Shown: piece after piece, positions 11,742 to 23,500 of the stretch
Numbering within the stretch: position 1 is the first letter of the stretch
Layout of the letters: each line of letters opens with the position of its first letter
Origin: Pelomyxa schiedti
Lineage: Eukaryota > Protista > Evosea
Assembly (NCBI GenBank): GCA_020536535.1
Contig: JAHLWZ010000934.1
Coordinates: forward strand, 1-42,116
Length of the DNA stretch: 42,116 bases
Direction of reading: 5' to 3'
Position numbers and translations under genes: made by a program
Notes under the pieces: model-generated
What the model saw: only the letters and a program-made list of their open reading frames with translations
What the model was told of the DNA's origin: nothing
Databases searched by the model: none

Positions 11742-12354
11742 ATGAAGGCCAGGTATCACATGTTCTTATAGAATTACTCGTTTCGTTCTTGCTGGTTTTT
11801 TTTCTGCCTGTTCTAACACTTGGTGCAGACTTCACGTTGATGGAGTGTTCATGGGGTACAGGAGGTATTAATTTTTTTGTTTTTGGCTTCCATGAATGAC
11901 GCTGGCTTAGGGGACACCACACACAACACACGAACCAACACCTCATCAAAATCGAGAACGTGAATTGCCGTTCCGACACCCGATTCTACATGGGTAAACG
12001 AATTGCCTATGTCTACAAAGCCAAGAAACCAATCAACGGCACCACCAAGAGGCATGTGCTTTCTTTCCCTTGCAAGAATTCCAATATATTCAACATAACG
12101 CAATGCTGAATTTAAATTATAATGAAGTGAAAACTACCTACACATAAACACCAAACCTTCACCAAACTTTTGAACAATCATCACATACCACCCTCGTTCT
12201 CCCACAATTAACATACACATACAGAGTTATTTGGGGAAAAGTCACCCGACACCACGGAGGCAACGGCGTTGTTCGCGCTAAATTCAGGCACAACCTCCCC
12301 CCCTGTGCAATGGGAAAAAGGGTCCGCGTCATGTTGTACCCTTCCAGCATCTAA
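11742..12354 (+). CDS. RPL35A: 60S ribosomal protein L35a (eL33), 4 exons
   Basis: Spliced: [33 protein letters not shown]...[38 protein letters not shown]...RVMLYPSSI*. Confidence 0.96.
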
Positions 12355-12648
12355 ATGCCATCACCGCCTCTATCTCCATAGTCACTGAGTTCTATCTCCC
12401 CAGTCCTCCTTTTTTTTTTCCTGTGTTCCTGTGGCCTGAAGAAAACAAAATAGAACGAAACAAACCAAAGCTCAGTGCCCAATGCTTCTTCTTTTTCTCT
12501 TTGTCCTTGAGTGTGACCAAGTCCATTGTATCTGGAGATATGATGGGGGTTTCTTTTCCTCGAAGGGCCACAGAATCCCAATCATCTCAGTGGACAGCTG
12601 TACAAACAAAAAAAAATTAAAAAAAGAAGGGGAAGAGATAACCGTGAA

Positions 12649-13901
12649 ATGTCGATGTGTTCAGTCGTTGAATAGTGCGTTATGGGACCCATTGTTTTGT
12701 TTTTTTAGGGTGTCACAAGCATAGAGTCTAATGTGGTTTTTTCTTTTTCTTTTTTTTTCTTTTTCTTCTTCTTGGCACTGAACAGTGATTACCTGTTTAA
12801 ATTACTTCTCATTGGTGACGCTGGAGTTGGAAAAAGTAATGGATTTTACTTTGTTGTCAATCCCTCCTTTTCTCCCTCACTTGTATTCTTGAACTTCTTA
12901 CTCAGTGCCTCTTAATTTATGCAGGCTGCCTTTTATTGCGATTTTCGGTATGGAACCAAGAAAATAACGGGGAAGTAACACTAATGTAGGATAACATGTA
13001 CAGTGACACATACATCAGCACAATAGGTTTGCTATTGATGTAGTAATGTGCTCGTTTTTCATTCATGTCTAGGAGTTGACTTTGTATGTGACTGGAGTCT
13101 GTTTTTCCGTTAAAATAAAAGTTTCTCTGTATTGCAGAAAGTACGCACAATTCAAGTGGACTCGACAATAATCAAACTACAAATTGTATGTTCTATCTCC
13201 TCGTATTTGTTTCTTATTCTCTTTGCACTTTTCAGTGGGACACTGCAGGACAGGAACGGTACGCTTTTCCTTGTTGTTGCACAAGTTTTAATTGTTTTGA
13301 AAAAGATTTCGAACTATAACAAGTTCTTGTGTGTCAATGGCACTTTACTTTGGCATTTTTTTCCCTCTAACAACTGTCAAGACTATAGAGGTGCACAAGG
13401 CATTATCGTTGCCTAGTGTGTAAAAATCGGCTTCATTTTCTCTCTCTTTTTTTTGTTTACAAATTGAAGTGACACTACCGACCTTGCATCCTTTCACAAC
13501 ATCAAACAATGGTTTGAAGAAATTGACAGATATGCATCACCTGATGTAATAAAAATCATCGTTGGCACAAAAGTATGGTTAATTCTTTTTCTTCCATTTC
13601 TTACCCCAGTTCACAAGGTGGATTTGACCACTAAACGTGCCGTTGAACTTCGATGTGCACAAACCTTCGCGGAATCCATGAAAATTACATTTCTGTATGC
13701 CATTCACTCATAGAACAAAAAAAACCCTCACACCTCAAAAGAGAAGTAAGTGCCAAGGAGAATATAAATGTAGACAAGCTCTTTTCACTCCTGGCAACAA
13801 GCATAAAAGCCAAAGTGAGCAACACTTCACCCACTCCACCGGACCCCTCAGTGGTACTGGAAGCCAGTACTTCACGCACAAACAAGCACCGTCGGTGCTA
13901 G
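12649..13901 (+). CDS. Rab1-like small GTPase, about 10 exons
   Basis: Spliced motifs [57 protein letters not shown], EVSAK; ends HRRC*. Confidence 0.92.
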
Positions 13902-14078
13902 GCACTCCCTTGGCTTTCTGCAGCACCTGTACTACTAGCCACTACACATTTAATTCCTCTCCTCCATTTTGCACATAGAAGGAATGATTGGGGATAATAG
14001 AAATTCTTTTATTGTGCTTTTCTTTAACAAACAAAAACTGAGGTCACGTGCCAATTACTGAACAGAAGTGTAGTGCAC

Positions 14079-16174
14079 TCAGCATAAACGAGAAAATGCA
14101 TAGAGAATAACTAGCCTCTTGGGTGTTCCAGGCTCAGGGTCTCCAATCCGGGTATGAATTCCACCATCAACGTGGATTGAGCCGGAACAAACAAGTGCAG
14201 CTACTTTCTCTGTTACATCCCGGTCGGGATTATACCCACCATAGGTTGCTCGTAGTATCTGTTTTTTTTGTGAGTGTGTGAAGCATTTGGTAGTAGAGAG
14301 GAATGAACCTGAAGGGAATAGCCTTGGGGTGCAACAATGTGAACGGGTTCAAAGTCGCCGCATGTGAATGTCTCAATCGGCAGTTGTTCCAATTTGTAAC
14401 GTATGACAAGCCGTTTAGGAATACCAGGTTCGGGGTCCCCAATTCGGGTATGAATACCACCATCCACATCAATCGAATTGCGCAGAACCAGAGAAGCTAT
14501 TTTATCAGTGACATCACGGAATGGTTGATTTCCTCCATAAGTGGCCCTGGTCACCTTGATTTTTTTGTTTTTGGCAAGGAGACAACAATGGGATTGTAAT
14601 TACCTGTAGTAACTTCCCTGGTGGTGCATGAATATGTACTGGTTCGAAATCGCCACAACGGAATTCCATTTCCGCATGGTACTGTCCGTCAGGAATAAAT
14701 TGGTAGGTGATGTTCAGTGTCTTGGGTACACCAGGCTCCGGGTCCCCAATTCGGGTATGAATACCCCCAACTACATGGATTTCGGTATTGTTATGTATCA
14801 ACCCTCGGATTCGCTCGGTCACATCACGATTTGGGTCATTGCCTCCATAAGTAGCGTCAATAACCTAAAAAGTCCACTCAGTATGTAATTTGAAAAGAAA
14901 CAAACCAACGTTGAGTGTATATCCTGGAGGTGCAACGATGCGCACAAGCTCAAAATCTGCACATCTGAAGTACGAGAAACTCTTCTTGGCAATAAATTTG
15001 TAGAAAATTGTGAGAGTCTTCCGGGTCCCTGGTTCTGGATCTCCAATGCGAGTATGTATGCCCCCACTAACGTGTATGGCATTGCCAGTAACTAGGGCAG
15101 CTATTTTGTCTGTTACAGAACGGTTTGGAGACATTCCACCGTATGTAGAATGCACAATCTGAAGTTTTCATGTCATTTCCTTTATTTTTGTTTGGGGACT
15201 TAGTACTTGGAGAGTGTGGCCCTCAGGTGCTGAAATATCTACAGGCTCGAAATCGCAACAGCTGAATACTTTCACTGAATTTCCATCGGGCAGGGTTAGC
15301 AACACATATTCAATGATCAGCCAGCAACTATCTGGATAAGGTTCCCCCATTCGTTGAAAGACTGTGCTGTCAATAGTTACTGAGTTGTGGCGAATCAAGC
15401 CTGAGAGTGCAGATGTCAGATCACGGCCAAGCATATGGGCACGCGCGATCTTTAGTGCAAATCCGTCAGGTGCAGATATCGTCACAGGATCGTGGCCTGA
15501 CCAGTTCAAAGAGAAGACAGGTAGGAACCTGTAGACAATGACCAGTCTCTTTGGAGTACCCGGTTCAGGGTCACCAATACGTGTGTGAATCCCTCCCTCC
15601 ACATGGATACTAGACTCAGTGACAAGGTTGCGTATGCTTTCAGTAACATCCCTGTTAGGAGCTCTACCCCCATATGTAGCACTCACAATCTACAAGAAAT
15701 GTAAGATAGGAAAAGACAGGTTCCACTGGTGTCAACAAAAAAATAGGCACGGTAAATAAAGTCATGATAATATTATTCCTATTCTTCACCAACCTCATTT
15801 TGGTCTCCCACAATAACGCCACGCCGACCCCCAGCGCTCACAAAACAAAAACAACAAGCGCACGCACGCACACACAACACACACAACACACAACACACAC
15901 CACACACCACACACACCACACACCACACACCACACACACAACCAGGAGTGGCACACACCTGCAGCCAGCGGCCGTCGCCGGCAGCAATGTGCACGGGCTG
16001 GAAGTCGCCGCACTCGAACCGCGCCTCCTCAGTCATGGCTGCCACGTCCCCGCACACTTCCCTTGGCAGCGCTGCCTGTGACGCCGCTGTGGTCTGTGGT
16101 CGTTGGGAGGACGATGACGATGACGACGACGCGGGGTCGTTGGTTGCCGTTGGTGCTGCACCTAACCGCCCCAT
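14079..16174 (-). CDS. Tandem six-repeat protein (~544 aa) resembling SUEL/Gal_lectin- or DUF3395-type domains
   Basis: Exons 15959-16174, 15207-15689, 14910-15158, 14604-14864, 14309-14554, 14079-14258 join in phase 0. Repeat consensus FxCxDFEPVxIxAPxGxxLxIxxATYGG..RDVT...GGIHTRIGDPEPG.PK.L.I.Y. The domain name is from recalled similarity, not a search. Confidence 0.88.
15860..15940. repeat. Imperfect CA-rich microsatellite in intron 1 of the repeat gene
   Basis: cacacacaacacacacaacac...cacacaccacacacaca. Confidence 0.9.
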
Positions 16175-16374
16175 TTGATTCGAAACGGTTTTTTTATTTT
16201 AATTTCGAGTTGAGAATCGAGTGCAAGCCTGTTTGGGGAGCAGTGCTTTGCGCCATTCATATTCATATGCGTGGGCTCTGAGCTCCCAAGAAGAAGGTTT
16301 CTTGCAATAGAGAAGTCGTAGGGCAAGGAAGAGAAGTGAATGCGCCGGCAAGAACAGTAGAGGTGACCTCACAG

Positions 16375-18012
16375 CACCCTGAAGTCAAATGGGCTCCAGT
16401 TTGGCAAATTGGGCACAAATTGTGGGTTTTGCCCAAATTGGGCACATTTTGGGCACCTCCACCTGCAGGTTCCTTATTCCAGATTGGAGAAGTCTGGGTT
16501 TTGGGCTCCAATTTGTGGTGAAGAAAAATCGCCAAGTCAGGCGTTGAGTGAGGTGGTTCCGAACAGTGGAATTTTCAGCAACGTGTTGCACCTTAGAAGA
16601 CACCCTCTGTTCCTCAATTTTGAGTATGTTGTGCTCGGTGAAGCGAAGCCACAGCATCTGAAACGAATTTTTCGGTAAAAGGATCAGTTGCTTCAAGAAA
16701 AAAAAAAAAACAAAACCTAACGCGTCGGTGGTGCATGGACCAACATAAGCGACACCCACATGGACAGCGATTGTTGTGTGGTTGTTTGTTATCGTCTTAT
16801 TTTGTTTTATTTTAAATAATTTTTTTATTTTTGTATATCAATAAAAACACTCTTCTTCGTTTCGTTTCGTTTTGTGTTGTTTTTTCTAACACAACCTTAG
16901 CGATGGAAGTGAAGTGGGGGAGGAGGGATACCGATGGTATCAAACTTGGTTTTTTTGTTTTTTTGTTTAAACTTACTGTTGTATTCCATTTCCTCACATA
17001 CATAGGTCTGATTCCATGCCGCACTCCGTCAGACTCCAACGGACAACCAAAGCTACAGGTATCTTCTCTTGTTTCTTTTTCGAGTTCTCACACTTTCTAA
17101 CCAGGTGGTTTTGCAACTTGTCGACTGCTGAGAGTCATATTCACTCCACTCTGCCGCGTTCCCCAACTTATGCTCACTCCACGCTGACTGGGAAGTTGGG
17201 TAGGTCCCATTGTCTTCCTCTTTCTTCCTCTCACGTTTTCTCAGACTTAAGCCGACACCTTTGGAAATTGTTCTGCACTGACTTGGAATTCGGTTTGTAC
17301 CCCACCATATGCTTCCTTGGTCACACTAACACGCCGGCCAGCCAGAACGATGATGCACTGCATTGATTCCAAAGCAGACTTCAGTTGGGGCCGCCGCCGC
17401 TGCTTGCTGACTAGATGTTAGGTTGGCCCCCTTGTCTTGTCATTCTCTTCCTCTAACGTTTTCCACAGACTGAAGCTGAAACCGTTCCGGAATTGTTCCT
17501 CAGGGACTTGGGATTTGGTATGTCCTTAACCATCATTGGCTCTGCTAACATGCTTACAGATAACCGGAATGATGGAGCCACAGCGGAACAATAACACAGC
17601 AATATCAAGGTACCTTGTTGTTCTTCTTTCCAACCCTGCTAACTCCATTTCGCAGGTGTGGATGGCGTGGCATACTGTGGCTGGACTTGGCCTCCCTACT
17701 GCTTCCTCACTCCTGCATCCTCGTGTGTGTGCCAGTACCCACACACCCAGCATGCTCGCTCTGACTGGCACTCTTGTTGTCTGCAGTGCTCTGCCGTTAC
17801 CCACACCTCACACCCACACCTAAGGGAACAAAAAATTAAAAAAAGCCAGCACATTTTGGAAGAACACAAAACGGGACCACAGGGGAATACCCCAATGTGG
17901 CCTACTCTGGAAAAGCACCAAATTGGCCAAAATGGGGGTTTTTTCCACGTTTTGGAGGCCCACTTTGTGCACAGAGTGGGCCCCACCCTGGGCCCCATTT
18001 GACTTCAGGGTG
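16375..18012. mobile_element. Non-autonomous TIR DNA transposon (CACTA/CMC-like, Pack-type), 1638 bp
   Basis: Terminal inverted repeats CACCCTGAAGTCAAATGGG(CT/GC)CCAG (first 19 bp perfect, 23/25 overall), flanked by AG on both sides (16373-74, 18013-14). Subterminal TGGGCAC-type repeats. No transposase ORF seen. Confidence 0.8.
16903..17823 (+). pseudogene. Intron-containing decayed gene fragment inside the TIR element
   Basis: Series of consensus GT...AG introns (16937-17005, 17059-17104, ~17200-17244, ~17422-17468, ~17518-17559, ~17610-17655). The spliced frame hits TGA at 17129-17131 after 37 aa. Confidence 0.45.
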
Positions 18013-18016
18013 AGAC

Positions 18017-20210
18017 TCAGCTGAATGGAACATTACAGACTTGGAGATCAGTTGTGGTGGGATGGGGAGGGGCAGAGTGCCGGCAGGGCAAATTCAGAGG
18101 TGTGAGGTGCTTGATCTCCAGTGGCTTCTTCTTCTTGCTGTTGTGTTTGGTGCTGTGTGCGGAAACCGCTTGCGTGATTGACGATGAGAACACACTAGGC
18201 TTGTGTGGGCTGGGGTAAGTGCTAATTGGTACCGCCCCGCATAACTTGTTGTAGGCCAACTGCAGGCCTAGACGCGCCAAGGAATCGAAGGCCTCTGTGA
18301 CATTGGCACCGGACTTGGCACTGAGCTGTATTTGTGAGTCATTATTGTTTGTTTTGGGGTTTTGACATTCAGGGAGACCTCAATCACTGAGCACTTCATA
18401 GATTTGGCGAGTGCCAGGCCTTCTTCTCGAGAAACTTCTCGCAACGCATCAAGGTCGCATTTACAACCGATCAGAAGCTTGGGATAATCGTCGGCTTCTT
18501 TAACTCTCTGGATACGCCTATGTAAACTCTCTATCTCGCTAATCGATATACGAGAAGTGATCGAGAAGCTAATATCTAGTTATTTGAATTCCAGTTAAAT
18601 CGCTGTTACCAAATTGCCATTACATCACCAGCCCGAATGTACCTACAATATAAAAGTGATCGTATTCCTTTGTGAGGGATTTCGCTGGAGGGGAGAAACG
18701 TACGGATCTCTCAATTCACAATATCTAGGAAAATAAATTGTGTACTTAAGGGAATACAGTGCTTACGGAGACTGTCCACCTTAGGTTTGAGATTAGTAAG
18801 TACAAAGAAGTAAATAGCTACCAGTATCCCTAATGGCAAGTGCCACAGGTATCGAATCGACTGTGTGTATCTTCACCCAGGTCTAAAGAAAATAAGCTTC
18901 CTATTTCAGTTATAAATTTACTCACATCTTCTCCATTTGGCTCGTAATTGTCAGTAAAGTGATTCTAGTAGTTTGTTTGGTTACTCAACACTCAACACTG
19001 ATAATCCTTACTTGAAGAAATCGGATGATAAGAGAAGATTTTCCTATTCCGGCTGCCCCCATAAAGATGATATGTACTGAGTCTTCTGTTCCTAATTGTA
19101 GAGGTGGCACATGCAGGGTTTTCGCTAATTCCTGTAATGCATGCTCTCCAATAGTATTGTTGAGAATGTTCAGAGTCTTTGCTCCTCGCCCATTCAATAG
19201 ACCTTTGGACAAGGATAACCCCCCCCTCTCTCCAAACGAGCAATTTCTTACAGATAGTGTGTTAAGTGGAGTCTGTACGATGGATGCCCTTGTGTCTATG
19301 CCCTGGGTAATGTGTGATATACCTACATCGCCGATTGGATTATTGTCAAGGATCAATTCCACTAAAGACTCGTTGATGGATAGAGCCGAAGCCAGAAGTT
19401 TCGCTCCGTTTGAGCCGATGTCACATTTGTATAGTCCCAATTTTTTCAGTGTGTGGCTGACAGCAATATGACGAGCGAGCTCCTCAATCGTCGAGGTCGA
19501 AAGGAGTACATTGGATATCGTTAAAGCTGACAAGTGCTGCAAGTGCGGAGCAAGGCCGTGCGCCCCCTCTTTGGAAAGGGTGTCATCCTTCCCTGAAATA
19601 TCCATTGACCCACGGAAATGCCCGCATGCATTCTCCATCCCAACAGCGAAGTTCTTGCCAACGTGGGAGAATATAACATCCTCAAGTATTGCTAACTTGC
19701 ATGGAGAGTGATCAGAGCCGCTCGTGCAGTGGTTGCAGTGTCCACAGTGGCTGCCAGTTGAGCAAACTTGGCAAGTAGGGTTTGAAGTAGCAGGCTTTGG
19801 TTTTCTCCCAACTGAAAAGGGATGCTTGTCAAAGACTGAGAACAGGACCTTTGATGACATTCTGTTAAACTTCAGAGGCTTGTGTGGATAGTTCGACACA
19901 GAGAACACGCGCCCAACAGATAGGAGATTCACAATAGCCTCACCAGCTGTCGGGGTCTGGCAAAATCCGAAATATTGCATCAGCGATTCTGTACTGGTAA
20001 CTATCATTGACAACTTGCCCAAGCAAGAGAGGGAAAAAAAAAACAACCCAAGACCAACCTCGTGGGGTCACGAAAAACAACGTGGGAGGTGATGTCCTCG
20101 TGCTCTATTGAGTGAAACAACAATGACCCCATTGCGAAGACGCACTCGGGATCTGTATCTAACTCGGGTGCTCTTCCCTCTCTCAGCAACCGACACACCA
20201 CATGCCCCAT
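18017..20210 (-). CDS. LRR (RNI-like) plus C-terminal Ras/Rap-like GTPase fusion protein; start codon uncertain
   Basis: LRRs LKKLGLYKCDIGSNGAKLLASAL, LVELILDNNPIGDVG. Spliced GTPase GAAGIGKS...YEPNGED...RDTGGQ...YIRAGD...GCKCD...LSAK. Stop at 18017. Confidence 0.85.
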
Positions 20211-20537
20211 TGATTAGATATTCTAGTCGACTCACAAGGTTCTTCCCACTTCTAGTGTCATCCCGTGCAGGAGCAACACCCTGGTATTACACACTGTGAG
20301 GCTGAGAAACACTGCTGGGTAAAAGTCTTGTAGTACACAAGTTGGACTCTTCAAAAGTCAGCTTAAACTTTTTGAAACTTCCCCAACCAACTTTGTGCCT
20401 TTTCCCACGCTCCTTATTGGAACCAACAGGGTTGTCGGAACCACTAAGGGAACCCAAACCAAGCTTCGTGAACCGCAAGAAACACCACACCCATATATAT
20501 ACCCCACCGCCCCTGAAAAACCACGATTCGAATCGCC

Positions 20538-23500
20538 ATGGCCAACGATCCCAATGACATTCGTGACTCCTGGGAATCCCTAGTCAACGACGATATCCCC
20601 CAGATAACAGGCACTCCTGCACACCCAACAACAACGCCACCACCAACAGCAGCAACAACAACACCATCATCAACCGCATCTGTATCCTGCAGCCCTAATC
20701 GCAACACAGCGGCACAACCACAACCACCAAGACCTTTGACTTTCCGTACCCGCGATGAGTGGCTTGTGGAATGCGGAATGTGTAATCGCAGACGGGAGAG
20801 GTCGCTCCAGGTTGCCAAGGGACTGGGCGATTTGCAGCGAAAAACCCTGCTGGCGTACGAGCGCGCCAGGTTGGCGAAATCGATCGACGCCCAGTGCCAG
20901 ATGCTGGGAAAGCTGAAGGCAAAGTTCTCGGCCGATAAATCCCATAATGACAGGAGGTGCGTGGAAGGCAGGGGATGGCTGGAAGATGAGGTTGCGTTGC
21001 GTTTTGGATTTCGTTTATTTGTTTTTGACTTGTTTGAGGGTGAATAGTTCCTAACATGTGAATAGGCTGAGGAAAAAATAGTGGCCTTGGAGAAAGAGTT
21101 GATTGCAGAGGCGCTCAAAGGAGAGGCAGAGGTGAAGAGAAACCAGGAAGAATTGGAGGCACTTCTTTCTGCTGGGTCTTTCGATCGTCAGGACTTTACG
21201 AACTTCGAGAAGGCATTCAAAACTTTGGTGAAGGATCCTTTAATTGCAAAGTACTGCCAAGCAGCTGTTAATCCGCCAGAGAGATCGGGCCTTCACGAAC
21301 TTTCATTGCCTGAACCTATTGCAAATTTGATGCCCTCTGGATGGAGTCAATCCTGCATACAACCTTCCTTGACATCGAATTTAGAAATACTTGCCTGCTC
21401 CACAGAACAACTCTCAAATGAAATGGCTGTTCCTATCCGCAATATGATTCTCAGAATAGCTGCTGAGCAGCACGAGAGTCCGTTTAATGCACTTTTTGAT
21501 GAAGTGTTTCACTGGCATAGTGGAAAACCCATAGATCCCAAGGCAAATGTAATAAGCAATGAACAGTCGAATAGTGATGGTCGTTGGGTGCAGGTTGCTC
21601 AATAATAAATTTAGTATTACTCTGACTTCTAACAGAAATCTGCTGACTCTTTGACACCACACACTCTTGCAAAGAGGGATCCTCTTTCCGACTTTTCACA
21701 AACCCTTCACATTGCAGTTCGGGTAGTAAGACAAGGTTGCCCGTTTACATTCAACTCTGGGCAAAGTCATGACCACCGAACGAAATGCCTTAAAGCCCTT
21801 CGAAATAAGAACACAGTCACAGCCCTCCAGGACGCTGCAAATGAACTTATCGCTGAGTTGCATCAACAAGTCAATCAGTATCGAGAATCTGCAGTTCCAT
21901 GTTCCTGCTTTATCACTGCAAGAGATATTCTGATCAACTTTTCTGATGTGATTGGACCAGTAAATTCTGCCAACATTCTTAATCTGTTTTCGAAACTGGG
22001 ATTCCCGGAGCCCTCATTTCGGCTTCAACATCCTGAGTCTCTTTCTACACCTCTCCCAAAGAGGCTTGATGACTCAGCCCGTATACTGCATCAGTCTGTA
22101 AACAAACTCCCACTCCCGAGTTCCAGGCTGAGTATGGCGCGATTTCAGATGCAAATGAGCCATGAAATTGCACCTTTGATGGATACACAACCAGGTTTCA
22201 CTTCTCTTTTTCCTCCTTAGTTTAACGCAATCCAGGATACGGCAACTTCAAGAACAATGAAGATGTGGTATGTGTATGAAGAGCTTAGCCTTTTCTAGTT
22301 CGTCTTACAGCTTTCAAGAAATTTATACCAGATGAATGGCAACGACAACTGATGGATTATATTGTAACAGATACAAGTTGCTTGGTTACTACCCCAACAT
22401 CATCTGGAAAGAGCTTTGTGTCTTTTTTTGTCATTTCCAGATTTTTGGAGAAATGGGGAAAAGGCAAAGGACTGGTTGCCCTTGTTGTCCCCACCCTGGC
22501 CTTAGCCAATCAGACTAGGGCGTATGCAGTGTCGCGTTATGGGGGTAAAGTAAGCATTGGTGAATTCACTTCATCGTTCCGCTTCAATGAGAACACCTGT
22601 GACGTTCTCATCTGTACTCCCGCGATACTGGAGATTCTTTTGTTATCTCCACACCCAAATGTATCCTCAAGGTTGACTTGGGCTGTTTTTGATGAGATTC
22701 ACACAATAATGTCTGGTAGGCCTTTATTACTTATGACTAGAAAGTATTCACATTCCTAAGATAAGAGGGGAGATGTTGAAGGAGACCAAGGCGCGTATTC
22801 TCGACTTCTCGCTCTTTGCCCCTGCCCATTTTTGGCCCTTTCTGCTGCAATCACCAATCCTATCGAGGTTGCTGGGTGGTTGAGCAAGGTTACCAATAGA
22901 CCTGTTAATACAATTCCCAACAGTACCATGTCTTTGCATAGATGGGCCCCGTTTCATTACTATACCTTCAATGGTAGCTCACTTGAGATATTTCATCCTT
23001 ACTCGGTTGCCTCGGAACATACCACAGTAGAATGTTTGGAAGCAGTTGAGCTTACACCAAGACAGCTCTTCGATCTGTATACAGCAATGGAAAAACACCT
23101 GGATGAGAGCAGTCTTCAGCCTCTTCGGCCAGAAACATTTTTTGGAAATAACTTTTTGACTCGCGACCTTTGTCTGGCATATAAGAAAGCACTTGACAGA
23201 GAATTTTGTGCACTTAGCAATGAAGTGCGCCCCCAAGTGGCAACCACCCTTGGAGCAATATGTCGTGGAACCACTGAAACTGCTTCAACGAGTGCAAGTG
23301 CAAAACCAGATAGAAGCCTTGAAGTAGTCAAGCTAATTCAATGTCTCTCTGAACGACAGTCAACGCCTGCTATTTTATTTGGAGGCGGTGCAACAAAAGT
23401 GATTGATATTGTGACAAGTAACACCTCCACAACCCAACTTTTGCCTCTAAATTCTTCCTATCAGAAATTGTGCAACATTTGGAACAGATGCACTCACCAA

